Below are positions 29,794-39,736 of a DNA stretch of 64,000 nt, piece by piece. The position numbers were made by a program, and so were the translations under genes. The number at the start of each line of letters is the position of its first letter. Position 1 is the stretch's first letter. The notes beneath the pieces are model-generated. The model did no database searches. It was not told where the DNA came from and saw only the letters and a list, made by a program, of their open reading frames with translations. The stretch comes from Candidatus Omnitrophota bacterium (GTDB taxonomy: Bacteria > Omnitrophota > Gorgyraeia > Gorgyraeales > Gorgyraeaceae): the NCBI GenBank assembly GCA_042572045.1, contig JBHPFI010000003.1:6342-70341 (forward strand), read 5' to 3'.

Positions 29794-30969
29794 ATGTTGC
29801 CGGATAAGAATGGGAAATTTAAAGGCTTTGGCGGAAAATTCGTGCCTGAAACTCTAATGGTAGCCCTTGAGGAGCTCGAGCGAGAACACAAAAAAGCCCT
29901 TAAGGATCCTAGGTTTAGGCGAGAATTGGACCGATTGTTGAATAGTTACGCGGGTCGACCTACCCCGCTTTATTTTGCCGCTAATCTCTCAAAAAAAACA
30001 GGTATAAAAATCTACCTTAAAAGAGAAGATCTGCTGCACACAGGCGCCCACAAAATCAATAATACGCTTGGCCAAGTGCTTCTGGCAGTTCGAATGGGTA
30101 AGTCGCGCATAATAGCAGAGACAGGCGCTGGCCAGCACGGGGTCGCTACTGCGACTGCCGCAGCTATGTTCGGGCTTCCGTGCGATATATACATGGGCGT
30201 GGAAGACATCCAGCGCCAGTCGCTAAATGTGTACAAGATGAAGCTCCTGGGCGCGAGGGTTATGCCTGTTTGCTCGGGCAGCAAAACCCTTAAGGACGCT
30301 ACTAACGAGGCCATAAGAGATTGGGTCACAAACGTGCGCACAACGCACTACGTGCTGGGTTCTGTTGTGGGCCCGCATCCTTATCCAACAATGGTAAGAG
30401 ACTTCCAGTCTATAATCGGAAGGGAGACAAAAAGAGCTATTTTAAAATGTGAGAAAAGACTGCCTGATTACTTAGTCGCTTGTGTCGGCGGCGGGAGCAA
30501 TTCAATAGGATTTTTCCACGCCTTTTTTAAATCAAAAGTAAGATTTATAGGCGTGGAGGCGGGGGGCTTGGGTTTGACTACAGGAAGGCATGGAGCTGCG
30601 CTTTGCAAGGGCAAGCCAGGCATCTTGCACGGAAGCAAGAGCTACCTGCTTCAGGACAAAGATGGTCAAATAAAAATTGCCCACTCTATATCTGCCGGAC
30701 TTGATTACCCTGGAGTAGGCCCGGAGCATTCATATTATAAAAAGATCTCCAGGGCCGCCTATGTAGCTGTAAATGACAAAGAGGCTCTTGAAGGATTTAA
30801 GATGCTGTCTGAGATAGAAGGCATTATACCTGCGTTGGAACCGAGCCATGCGATATATTATGCTATAAGAAAATTGGCACCAATATTAAAGAAAAACAAT
30901 ATCGTGATTATTTGTCTCTCTGGGAGAGGCGATAAGGATATTGATATAGTTAAAGCCCTCGGTCTTTAA
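29794..30969 (+). CDS. trpB: tryptophan synthase beta chain
   Basis: PLP-lysine motif [23 protein letters not shown]. Confidence 0.95.
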   Translation: MLPDKNGKFKGFGGKFVPETLMVALEELEREHKKALKDPRFRRELDRLLNSYAGRPTPLYFAANLSKKTGIKIYLKREDLLHTGAHKINNTLGQVLLAVRMGKSRIIAETGAGQHGVATATAAAMFGLPCDIYMGVEDIQRQSLNVYKMKLLGARVMPVCSGSKTLKDATNEAIRDWVTNVRTTHYVLGSVVGPHPYPTMVRDFQSIIGRETKRAILKCEKRLPDYLVACVGGGSNSIGFFHAFFKSKVRFIGVEAGGLGLTTGRHGAALCKGKPGILHGSKSYLLQDKDGQIKIAHSISAGLDYPGVGPEHSYYKKISRAAYVAVNDKEALEGFKMLSEIEGIIPALEPSHAIYYAIRKLAPILKKNNIVIICLSGRGDKDIDIVKALGL

Positions 30970-30989
30970 AGGGCGTGCCGCAATGCGCT

Positions 30990-31778
30990 ATGGCAAATCG
31001 TATTGATAGAAAATTCAGGGAATTAAAAAAGAAGCGAAAAAAGGCGTTTATATCATTCATAATGGCCGGCGACCCCTCTCTGGATATTACAAAAAAGCTG
31101 GTTTTTGAATTAGAAAGACAAGGGTCTGATATTATCGAGCTTGGGGTGCCTTTTTCCGATCCTCTTGCAGACGGCCCAACCATACAAAGGTCCTCTGAGC
31201 GAGCGCTAAAGAACAGGATTAACATGGATTCTGTTTATGGCGCAGTCAGGGATGTCAGGCTGAAGTCAGAGGTGCCGATAGTTTTTTTAACATATTACAA
31301 TTTGATACATCATTACGGGCTCAAGAGGTTCGTTCATGAGGCAAAAGCCGCGGGGGTTGACGGCGTGATCGTGCCTGACCTGCCTCCTGAGGAATCAAGC
31401 GAGCTGCGATCTATTGCAAAAAGCAAAGGATTTTCAATCGTCCATCTTGTAGCTCCCACGAGCTCAACAGAGAGGATAAGAAAGATAGCTCTCTCATCAA
31501 GCGGATTTATTTATTATGTCTCGCTTACAGGCACAACGGGCGAAAGAAAAAAATTGCCGCGCGAGATTTCTGATAGCCTGAAAGATGTGAAGAAGGTGAC
31601 GAATAAGCCTGTATGTGTTGGCTTTGGTATTTCCAAGCCAAAACAGGTACAGTCAATTTCAAGATTTGCCGACGGCATCATCGTAGGGAGTGCCATTATA
31701 AAAGTGATTGAAAAAAACATCGGCAAGAAAGATTTGGTGAAAAAAGTAGGCAGGTTTGTAAAAAAGCTCATACTGTAA
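30990..31778 (+). CDS. trpA: tryptophan synthase alpha chain
   Basis: ELGVPFSDPLADGPTIQ, YYVSLTGTTG. ATG 30990 preferred over GTG 30975. Confidence 0.9.
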   Translation: MANRIDRKFRELKKKRKKAFISFIMAGDPSLDITKKLVFELERQGSDIIELGVPFSDPLADGPTIQRSSERALKNRINMDSVYGAVRDVRLKSEVPIVFLTYYNLIHHYGLKRFVHEAKAAGVDGVIVPDLPPEESSELRSIAKSKGFSIVHLVAPTSSTERIRKIALSSSGFIYYVSLTGTTGERKKLPREISDSLKDVKKVTNKPVCVGFGISKPKQVQSISRFADGIIVGSAIIKVIEKNIGKKDLVKKVGRFVKKLIL

Positions 31779-31816
31779 GGTTCGGATTTTTATTTAAGGA
31801 CTCAAGGGGGCAAAAA

Positions 31817-32866
31817 ATGTATGCGATAATCATGGCTGGCGGAAAAGGCGAGAGATTGTGGCCGAAGAGCGCAAAGGGTAGGTCCAAACACGTCCTTGCC
31901 TTTGGCACAAAAAATGTGATGATCAAGGAGACCATAAAAAGACTGAATCGGCACATCTCTTTGCAAAACATATTTCTTGTGACAACCAAAAAACAATACC
32001 CTGCTTTAAAACCTTATATTGCGCTTCTTGAAAAACGCAACATTATCTTGGAGCCGGAGGGGAAAGACACTGCCGCGGCTATTTGTCTATCGGCATTGCT
32101 ATTGAAGAAAAGGGCTCAGAGACCCACAATGGTAATACTGCCGGCAGATCACATAATAAAAAATTCAGAGAGCTTTTTTAAAGACCTTTTGCTTGCCGAG
32201 AGAATAGCCAACGCTGATTCTGGACTAGTGACAATAGGCATAAAACCAAAACATCCTTCTGTTGGATATGGGTATATCGAAACAGGGGAAAAGCTATCAG
32301 GCTATTACAGAGTAAAAAGATTTACAGAAAAGCCAAAAAAGAAAACGGCGGAGAGATTTTATAAACACAAAAATTACTTCTGGAATAGCGGAGTTTTTGT
32401 GTGTAAGGTTGATTCTGTGCTGGCTATGCTAAAGAGGTACATGCCGACTTTATATTACAGCCTAAAAGATGCCGTGAGGTTTGAGGGGAAAAAAGGTTAT
32501 TCGTTAAGGTTGTCAAAGGAATATTCGAGATTTAGGCCTGTATCTATAGATTATGGCGTTATGGAACTCGCTGCAAAAGATAGGATGCAAAAGGTGTTTT
32601 GCGTAAAAGCGGGCTTTGATTGGGTGGACATAGGATCTTGGTCCAGTATAGAAGAGATATATGACAAGGACAGTAAAGGCAATATCGTTCTCTCCAACAG
32701 CGCGCTCATAGATGTCAAGAACTCTACTATAATAGGAGAGAGGGACCAGAAGATCGGCGTAATAGGGGTAAATGGCCTGATAATAATTCAGACCAAATCA
32801 GGGACCTTGGTTTGCAATAAAAGCAGGGCTCAAGAAGTAAAGGAGCTTGTAAGGAGTTTCAAATGA
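31817..32866 (+). CDS. mannose-1-phosphate guanylyltransferase-like nucleotidyltransferase
   Basis: IIMAGGKGERLWP N-terminal nucleotidyltransferase motif, LPADH, YGYI blocks. Confidence 0.8.
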   Translation: MYAIIMAGGKGERLWPKSAKGRSKHVLAFGTKNVMIKETIKRLNRHISLQNIFLVTTKKQYPALKPYIALLEKRNIILEPEGKDTAAAICLSALLLKKRAQRPTMVILPADHIIKNSESFFKDLLLAERIANADSGLVTIGIKPKHPSVGYGYIETGEKLSGYYRVKRFTEKPKKKTAERFYKHKNYFWNSGVFVCKVDSVLAMLKRYMPTLYYSLKDAVRFEGKKGYSLRLSKEYSRFRPVSIDYGVMELAAKDRMQKVFCVKAGFDWVDIGSWSSIEEIYDKDSKGNIVLSNSALIDVKNSTIIGERDQKIGVIGVNGLIIIQTKSGTLVCNKSRAQEVKELVRSFK

Positions 32867-33291
32867 GGATACTGGCTCTTGATGTCGGGCAAAAACGCAT
32901 AGGCGTTGCGGTCAGCGACGCACTAAATCTTATTGCCCAGGGTATAGAGACTATAAAACGCGAAGACCTATCAGGCACATTAAATAGAATCAGCTCTTTA
33001 GTAGAAGAATACGATGTTTCAAAGATAATCGTCGGACTGCCTTTTAATATGAACGGGACAAAAGGCACTAGTGTAAAACTGACGGAAGAATTTATAGACG
33101 AGCTAAAGAAGAAAACAGGCGTCACCATAGAAACAAGGGACGAGCGGCTTACCACGCTACAAGGAGAACGCGTGTTGCTGGAAGCGAATGTTTCAAGAAA
33201 AAAACGTAAACTAGCCATTGATAAGATCGCAGCCCAGCTAATTTTGCAGTCATATCTGGAAGAGCATGTACAAAAAAATAAACCTGAATAA
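32863..33291 (+). CDS. ruvX: Holliday-junction-resolvase-like nuclease YqgF/RuvX
   Basis: ILALDVGQKRIGVAVSD, DERLTT motifs. Confidence 0.9.
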   Translation: MRILALDVGQKRIGVAVSDALNLIAQGIETIKREDLSGTLNRISSLVEEYDVSKIIVGLPFNMNGTKGTSVKLTEEFIDELKKKTGVTIETRDERLTTLQGERVLLEANVSRKKRKLAIDKIAAQLILQSYLEEHVQKNKPE

Positions 33292-34534
33292 CGGCGTTCG
33301 AATCGTGTTGAACCATATACCGCGCATGGAATCAGCGGCAATAGGAATATGGATTGGTGTAGGTTCGAGAATCGAAAGCGAGCGTTCTTCAGGAATCTCT
33401 CACTTTTTAGAACACATGATCTTTAAAGGCACGCCTACCAGGAGCTGCCGCAGTATCAAAGAAGAGATAGAGGGTAGAGGTGGGTCGTTAAATGGCTTTA
33501 CGTCTGAAGAGGTGACTTGCTATCTAGCCAAAGTTGGCAGACGCCACACGGATGTAGCGCTTGACGTTCTTTCTGATATGGTCCTTAATGCCCATATACC
33601 TGAAAAGGACATCGAGCGCGAACGCACGGTTATTGTGGAAGAAATAAAGATGTACAGGGACCTGCCAAATCATTACGTGCAAGACATGCTGAGCGAATTG
33701 ATGTGGCCAGGACATGCCCTGGGCCTGTCTGTTGCTGGAAACATCGAGTCCGTAAGCGGGGTTACGCGCCAGAATCTTTTGGAATACAAAAAAATAAACT
33801 ATGCACCTAAAAACATCGTTGTAGCCCTGTGCGGAAATTTGAATCATGACGCTCTCATCCGAAAGATCAAGAAAATATTCTGCGTAAATCCGAAAAATAA
33901 GGCTGTTTTTTTTACCGGGTTTAACAATACGCAATCAAGGCCGCGCATAAAGATCTTATATAGAGACACAGAGCAAACGCGTCTCTCTATGGGAGTGCAT
34001 ACATTCGGAAGGATGCATGAAGACAGGTACGTATTGAGTCTCTTACATATTATATTAGGCGCAAACATGTCTTCAAGGCTTTTTGAGAATGTAAGGGAAA
34101 AAAGAGGACTTGCTTATGAAATAGGAACAGGTGTAAAAAGATATCAAGGCACGGGCGGCTTTATTGTAAACGCAGGCATAGACCACAAAAAGGCTAAAGA
34201 GACGGTCGCGCTTATAATAAAAGAACTGAGCAAGATTAAAGACAAACTTGTTCCTGAAAAGGAGCTAAAAAGGGCAAAGGAATTTTTAAAGGTGCAGCTC
34301 CTGCTCGCCCTGGAAGATACTCTGGAACGCATGCTGTGGCTGGGTGAACACGTAGTCTCCTCAGGCAAGCTGCCTGATAAAAACAATATCATCAGGAGAG
34401 CGAATTCTGTATCCAGTCGCGACTTGCAACGTGTCGCGAGAGCCATATTTAACTCCAAGGACCTTAATCTCGCTATTATAGGGCCTTTGAAAGACAAGCA
34501 AAAAGAAGAACTAGAGAAGGAATTAAGCTTATAG
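33266..34534 (+). CDS. M16-family zinc peptidase
   Basis: HxxEH motif (HFLEH) + downstream E, 422 aa. Confidence 0.85.
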   Translation: MYKKINLNNGVRIVLNHIPRMESAAIGIWIGVGSRIESERSSGISHFLEHMIFKGTPTRSCRSIKEEIEGRGGSLNGFTSEEVTCYLAKVGRRHTDVALDVLSDMVLNAHIPEKDIERERTVIVEEIKMYRDLPNHYVQDMLSELMWPGHALGLSVAGNIESVSGVTRQNLLEYKKINYAPKNIVVALCGNLNHDALIRKIKKIFCVNPKNKAVFFTGFNNTQSRPRIKILYRDTEQTRLSMGVHTFGRMHEDRYVLSLLHIILGANMSSRLFENVREKRGLAYEIGTGVKRYQGTGGFIVNAGIDHKKAKETVALIIKELSKIKDKLVPEKELKRAKEFLKVQLLLALEDTLERMLWLGEHVVSSGKLPDKNNIIRRANSVSSRDLQRVARAIFNSKDLNLAIIGPLKDKQKEELEKELSL

Positions 34535-34558
34535 CTAAATTACCCTGGGAGAGCCCGG

Positions 34559-35281
34559 ATGAAAAAAAACATACTTGTAGCGCCAAGCATATTATCAGCT
34601 GATTTTTCAAGACTGGGGCAAGAAATAAAAAAGATTGAAGACGCCGGAGCTGACATGATACACATCGATGTAATGGACGGACATTTCGTGCCAAACATCA
34701 CCATCGGCCCTTTCATTGTCGAGGCAGCGAGAAAGGTAACGACTTTATTGCTTGATGTGCATTTGATGGTCGAAAACCCGCATAGATTCATAAGACAATT
34801 CGTAGATGCCGGAAGTGATATTATCACCGTACACCTGGAGGCATATTCTTTAATGGAAGGCGAGAATCAAAAAACTCGCCAAGGGAATAAGAAAGGCCTT
34901 TCAAGATCGACAGACAGGATAGATGAAGACATGGTGAAAGAAGCGCTCGGGCAAATAAAAAAATTCGGAAAAAAGGCAGGGATATCCTTGAATCCTGACT
35001 CGCCGTTTTCTTGCATACAGGGCGTGCTCGGCGAAACAGACATGGCTTTATTTATGTCAGTACACCCTGGCTTCGCAGGCCAGAAATTTATTGATAGCGT
35101 GGTGTCGAAGATAAAAGAGGCAAGGAGGCTTTACTCCGGAGACATTGAGGTTGATGGCGGCATAAACGACAAGAATGCGGGTCTGGTTATAGATGCCGGC
35201 GCGAACATAATCGTAGCAGGCTCTTATTTTTTTAGCTCAAAAGACCCGAAAGAGGCTGTGAAAAAATTACGCAACTATTAA
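34559..35281 (+). CDS. rpe: ribulose-phosphate 3-epimerase (with an internal insertion of about 27 aa)
   Basis: APSILSADF, HIDVMDGHFVPN, MSVHPGFAGQKF. Confidence 0.9.
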   Translation: MKKNILVAPSILSADFSRLGQEIKKIEDAGADMIHIDVMDGHFVPNITIGPFIVEAARKVTTLLLDVHLMVENPHRFIRQFVDAGSDIITVHLEAYSLMEGENQKTRQGNKKGLSRSTDRIDEDMVKEALGQIKKFGKKAGISLNPDSPFSCIQGVLGETDMALFMSVHPGFAGQKFIDSVVSKIKEARRLYSGDIEVDGGINDKNAGLVIDAGANIIVAGSYFFSSKDPKEAVKKLRNY

Positions 35282-35305
35282 AGATTAGAAAGGGTAGGGG
35301 AATGT

Positions 35306-36709
35306 ATGTCTGTCAAATTTGGCACCGATGGCTGGAGGGCAATCATATCAGATGATTTTACATTTGAAAACGTGCGCCTTGTTTCTCAGGCGATAGCGGA
35401 TCATTTTAAAGGTAAAGGCGTTACCTTTGCAGTCGGTTACGATTGGAGGTTTTTGTCTGACAGATACGCTGAATTGGTGACCGAGGTGCTTGCGGCAAAC
35501 GGGATCAAGGTATTGCTTTCAGATAAGGCTGTGCCAACGCCTCTTGTAAGCCTGGCAATAAAAAACAAGAAACTTTCCGGCGGCATCGTGATAACTGCCA
35601 GCCATAACCCCCCTATCTATAACGGGATCAAAATAAAGGCGGCCTATGCAAGCTCTGCAGATGAAGGCATTACCAAATCAGTGGAGGCCCTTCTTGGTAA
35701 AAACTCTGTAAAAAATATTTCTTTGCAACAAGGTATTGCCTCCGGCTCCATAGAACTCGTTGATCTAAAACCCGATTACATGAAATTTGTAACCTCATAC
35801 ATAGATATGGGCCTCCTGAAGGATTCAAGGCTCAAGGTTTTAGTTGACTGCATGCACGGGGTAGGCGACGGCTATATAAAAGAAATCTTGGAAGGAACAA
35901 ATATTGAAGTTGCACAGATGAGGGCTGGTCGCGACCCGCTTTTTGGCGGAGTGAATCCAGAGCCGATCCCTAAAAACCTTGAGGCGGTATTTCAGGAAAT
36001 GAAAAAAGGCAGCTATGATATTGCGATCGTAAATGACGGGGATGCGGACAGGATCTCTGCTGTTACGCCAAAAGGAGAGCACATCAGTGCTGGCCAGATA
36101 ATGGCATTGCTTTTACTGCACTTTGTTGAAGACAAGAAGTGGAAAGGTTCGGTGGTTAAGACGATTTCAAATACCACGCTTATAGAACGCATTGCAGAAA
36201 AATACAAGCTCAAGCTACACGAAACCCCCGTGGGCTTTAAATACATATGCCGGCTTATGCTCGATGAGGACGTACTCATAGGAGGAGAGGAATCAGGCGG
36301 CATTGGCGTCAGGGACTACATGCCTGAAAGAGACGGTATGCTTTTGGGCATATTGCTTATAGAGATGATGGCGCATAGAAAAAAGGGCATATTGGCTATC
36401 ATGGATGATGTGGAAAGCGAGTACGGGAAGTTTTGCTACGCAAGGATCGACATGGAATATCCCGACGACAAAAAGAAGGCCCTTATGCAGTTCCTTAAGG
36501 CCAACCCACCCAAAGAAGTCCTGAAAAAGCCAGTAAAGCAAACTAAATCATACGACGGATATAAATTTATACTGGGGGATGGCAGCTGGCTTATCCTGAG
36601 GCTTTCCGGCACCGAACCTATACTCAGGATATACGCGGAGGCACCCACTAAAGACCTGGCCAAAAAATATCTGGAATTCGGAAAGAAGATTGCCGTTAGC
36701 ATTTCCTGA
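35306..36709 (+). CDS. phosphoglucomutase/phosphomannomutase family protein
   Basis: Phosphoserine loop TASHNP, metal loop NDGDADR, GGEESGG sugar loop. Confidence 0.9.
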   Translation: MSVKFGTDGWRAIISDDFTFENVRLVSQAIADHFKGKGVTFAVGYDWRFLSDRYAELVTEVLAANGIKVLLSDKAVPTPLVSLAIKNKKLSGGIVITASHNPPIYNGIKIKAAYASSADEGITKSVEALLGKNSVKNISLQQGIASGSIELVDLKPDYMKFVTSYIDMGLLKDSRLKVLVDCMHGVGDGYIKEILEGTNIEVAQMRAGRDPLFGGVNPEPIPKNLEAVFQEMKKGSYDIAIVNDGDADRISAVTPKGEHISAGQIMALLLLHFVEDKKWKGSVVKTISNTTLIERIAEKYKLKLHETPVGFKYICRLMLDEDVLIGGEESGGIGVRDYMPERDGMLLGILLIEMMAHRKKGILAIMDDVESEYGKFCYARIDMEYPDDKKKALMQFLKANPPKEVLKKPVKQTKSYDGYKFILGDGSWLILRLSGTEPILRIYAEAPTKDLAKKYLEFGKKIAVSIS

Positions 36710-36730
36710 AATTGCAAAAGATAAGAGATC

Positions 36731-38524
36731 ATGAAAAGGGACAGGATAAGAAATTTCTGTATAATCGCTCATATAGACCACGGAAAATCTACGCTTGCCG
36801 ACAGACTGCTTCAGTTTACGAATACGGTAAATGAAAGGCAGTTCAGGGAGCAGCTTTTAGATGACATGGACCTGGAAAGGGAACGCGGTATCACTATCAA
36901 GGCAAGTGCGGTAAGGATGTCCTATAAGGCAAAAGATAACCATGTCTATGAGTTGAATCTTATAGATACGCCCGGGCACGTTGATTTTAGCTATGAGGTC
37001 TCAAAGTCTCTTTCTGCGTGCGAGGGCGCTGTTCTTCTGGTCGATGCCGCGCAGGGCGTAGAGGCGCAAACTGTTGCAAATCTTCAACAGGCGCTTGAAA
37101 AAGGGTTAAAGATCATACCTGTTGTAAATAAGATTGACTTGCAGAATGCTGAGCCAGAAAGGGTAAAGGGAGAAATCAGGAGCATCCTGAAACTGGAAGA
37201 GGACACCGTAATAATGACCAGCGCCAAGGAAGGCATAGGAACAGAAGAAGTTCTTGAAAGGGTAGTCAGAGACATACCCTGCCCCGAAGGAAACGAAACC
37301 GAGCCTCTGCAGGCCCTGATATTTGATTCTAAATACGACAGCTATAAAGGGGTTATTATTTATATAAGGGTTGTGAACGGACATATAGAAAAAGGCTTAC
37401 ATGTGATCATGATGTCATCTTCCAAACGATACGAGGTGCAGGAAGCGGGGATGTTTACACCTCACATGAAACCCGTGGAGTCTCTTTCCTGCGGAGAGGT
37501 CGGCTACATCACCTGCCAGATCAAAGACGCAAAGGATGTCATTAATGGCGACACAATTACAGAAGCAAAACATCCTGCGGACAAGGCCTTGCCCGGCTAT
37601 AAGCAGCTAAAACCAATGGTATTTTGCGGAGTGTATCCGGTAAACGCCAAAGACTTTGACGCATTAAAAAGCGCTGTTGAAAAATTGAAATTGAGCGACG
37701 CATCTTTTATATATGAAGTCGAAAGCTCTAGGTCTCTCGGGTTTGGATATAGATGCGGCTTTCTCGGGCTTCTCCACATGGAGATAGTCCAGGAACGCCT
37801 TGAAAGGGAATATGATCTAAACTTAGTGCTTACGACCCCGAGCGTTGTGTATAGGGTTAAAGATAAAAAAGGTAAGACTATTGAGGTGGACAACCCAAGC
37901 CGGCTTCCCGAGCCTCAGAACATCATTGAAATACTAGAGCCATACACGACTACCTTTATCATGATACCCCATGATATGTTAAGCGCGATAATAGATTTTT
38001 GTAAATCAAAACGAGGAGAGTACAAATCAACGGAATACATCTCGCAAGATAAAATAAAACTGACCTTTGAGACGCCTCTGTCTGAACTCATAGTGGATTT
38101 TTACGATAAGATAAAATCCATGACAAAGGGGTACGGCTCGCTTGATTATGAGATAATAGGTTACAGATCCGGCGATCTCGTAAAACTTGACATACTGATA
38201 AACGGCCAGCCCTGCGAAGCGCTTTCATTCATTGTGCATAAAGAAAAAGCGCAGTTTAAAGGCAGGGCGCTTGCTGAAAAATTAAAGGAACTTATCCCGA
38301 GACAGCTTTTTGAGGTAGTGATACAGGCTGCCATAGGAAGCAAGATTCTCGCAAGGACAAGGGTAAGACCGCTTTCTAAAAATGTAACCGGAAAGTGTTA
38401 CGGCGGGGATATCACGCGAAAGCGCAAGCTCTGGGAAAAGCAAAAGGCGGGAAAGAAGCGCCTGAAGCAATTTGGCAAAATACAGATTCCGCAAGAGGCC
38501 TTTTTGGCGGCATTAAAAATCTAA
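36731..38524 (+). CDS. lepA: elongation factor 4
   Basis: [28 protein letters not shown], LepA-specific C-terminus. Confidence 0.95.
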   Translation: MKRDRIRNFCIIAHIDHGKSTLADRLLQFTNTVNERQFREQLLDDMDLERERGITIKASAVRMSYKAKDNHVYELNLIDTPGHVDFSYEVSKSLSACEGAVLLVDAAQGVEAQTVANLQQALEKGLKIIPVVNKIDLQNAEPERVKGEIRSILKLEEDTVIMTSAKEGIGTEEVLERVVRDIPCPEGNETEPLQALIFDSKYDSYKGVIIYIRVVNGHIEKGLHVIMMSSSKRYEVQEAGMFTPHMKPVESLSCGEVGYITCQIKDAKDVINGDTITEAKHPADKALPGYKQLKPMVFCGVYPVNAKDFDALKSAVEKLKLSDASFIYEVESSRSLGFGYRCGFLGLLHMEIVQERLEREYDLNLVLTTPSVVYRVKDKKGKTIEVDNPSRLPEPQNIIEILEPYTTTFIMIPHDMLSAIIDFCKSKRGEYKSTEYISQDKIKLTFETPLSELIVDFYDKIKSMTKGYGSLDYEIIGYRSGDLVKLDILINGQPCEALSFIVHKEKAQFKGRALAEKLKELIPRQLFEVVIQAAIGSKILARTRVRPLSKNVTGKCYGGDITRKRKLWEKQKAGKKRLKQFGKIQIPQEAFLAALKI

Positions 38525-38532
38525 GGAGATAT

Positions 38533-39075
38533 ATGAACGACAGGATGCGTTATTTTATAAAAGAGTGGATCGAGCCGGTAGTTATAGCTGTAATCCTCGC
38601 ATTGATAATAAGGGCCTTTGTTGTGCAGGCCTTCAAGATACCAACAGGGTCTATGAGGCCTACGCTGATCGAAGGCGACAGGATACTAGTAAATAAATTT
38701 ATCTACAAATTCAAAGAGCCGGAAAGAGGGGACGTTATTGTTTTTCGTTCTCCCGAAGACAAGAAAAAGGATTTTATAAAAAGGCTTATAGGATTGCCTG
38801 GTGAGAATATTGAGATATCAAACGGCACCGTGCTTATCGATGACAAGGCCGCTGACGAGGATTCCGTGATAAGAGAAAGATATTATTACAATAGGGGCGC
38901 GTTTGGTAAAGACGACCAAGTCACCCTGATACCTAAGGACGCGTATTATGTGTTGGGCGACAATAGCATTTCAAGCCGCGATAGCAGATACTGGGGGTTT
39001 ATGCCAAAAAAATATTTAAAAGGAAAGGCGTTTTTGATTTATTGGCCTCCAACACGGATAAGATTGCTTAAATAG
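38533..39075 (+). CDS. lepB: signal peptidase I
   Basis: GSMRPTL (Ser), KRLIG (Lys), GDNSISSRDSRYWG. ATG 38533 follows AAGGAG. Confidence 0.9.
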   Translation: MNDRMRYFIKEWIEPVVIAVILALIIRAFVVQAFKIPTGSMRPTLIEGDRILVNKFIYKFKEPERGDVIVFRSPEDKKKDFIKRLIGLPGENIEISNGTVLIDDKAADEDSVIRERYYYNRGAFGKDDQVTLIPKDAYYVLGDNSISSRDSRYWGFMPKKYLKGKAFLIYWPPTRIRLLK

Positions 39076-39077
39076 TC

Positions 39078-39105
39078 TTGTTTTATTGATATAAGGTGCT
39101 ATAAT
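39078..39105 (+). promoter_or_regulatory. extended -10 promoter upstream of the lipoprotein gene
   Basis: TTGTTT-N16-(TGc)TATAAT. Confidence 0.5.
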
Positions 39106-39177
39106 TAAAAGTGGGAGAGATGTGTCAGAGTAATCAGTCGGGCGTTTTAAGACAAACTAGTTGAGGAGGTAGGTGAA

Positions 39178-39480
39178 ATGAAAAGGTATGCCATTCTAAC
39201 GGTTCTATGTTTGCTGATATTTGCGGTTGGTTGCACTGGCACGCAGAAAGGCGCTGGTGTTGGCACATTAATAGGTGCAGGCGCTGGGGCAATCATAGGT
39301 CATCAGTCAGGCCATGCAGCTGAAGGCGCGCTTGTAGGCGGCGCAGTAGGCGCGGCAGGAGGGGCTTTAGCAGGCGATGCGATGATGACAACGTTCTGTC
39401 CTGCATGCGGAAGGGATTTTGGCTCGGATGTCCAATATTGTCCGTTTGACGGCGCTGAACTAAAGGCAAAACAAAAGTAA
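39178..39480 (+). CDS. small lipoprotein: Gly-zipper segment plus C-terminal CPxCG/CPxDG zinc-ribbon-like motif
   Basis: Lipobox LIFAVGC, G/A-rich GAGVGTLIGAGAGAIIG...GGAVGAAGGALAG, then FCPACG...YCPFDG. Strong SD GAGGAGG. Confidence 0.75.
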   Translation: MKRYAILTVLCLLIFAVGCTGTQKGAGVGTLIGAGAGAIIGHQSGHAAEGALVGGAVGAAGGALAGDAMMTTFCPACGRDFGSDVQYCPFDGAELKAKQK

Positions 39481-39515
39481 GGTTATTTTCAATTTTAATG
39501 CGGCGTGGATATAAT

Positions 39516-39551
39516 AGGGGTCTTACATTTTTTGTAAGACCCCTTTATTTT
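39516..39551 (+). terminator. rho-independent terminator
   Basis: 12-bp stem AGGGGTCTTACA / TGTAAGACCCCT, 5-nt loop, followed by TTATTTT. Confidence 0.85.
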
Positions 39552-39556
39552 GCTAA

Positions 39557-39582
39557 CTTGAGAAATCCTCAATGACAAAAAG
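39557..39582 (+). repeat. CTTGAnAAATC..TCAATGAnAAA element, copy C
   Basis: cttgaGaaatcctcaatgacaaaaag. Inner hairpin TTGAG-N5-CTCAA covaries with TTGAC/GTCAA of copies A and B. Confidence 0.8.
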
Positions 39583-39614
39583 TTATTCGCCCTAGTATAT
39601 TATTTGACGAATAA

Positions 39615-39629
39615 TCCGCCTTTGGCGGA
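39615..39629. repeat. GC-rich hairpin TCCGCC-TTT-GGCGGA
   Basis: Same stem as the 3802 and 44285 hairpins but a different loop. Confidence 0.55.
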
Positions 39630-39697
39630 TGCATCAATTTCATGTGTAAAGTTAGAAGGCGCTCGGGTCCGCGAATAAGCCTCTCTTTCTATTTTCC

Positions 39698-39726
39698 TTG
39701 ACCGTCCCTTTTTACCATGTTAAAAT
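39698..39726 (+). promoter_or_regulatory. sigma70-like promoter upstream of acsV
   Basis: TTGACC-N17-TAAAAT. The acsV ATG is only 11 nt after the -10 and has no SD. Confidence 0.6.
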
Positions 39727-39736
39727 TCTATTTATT

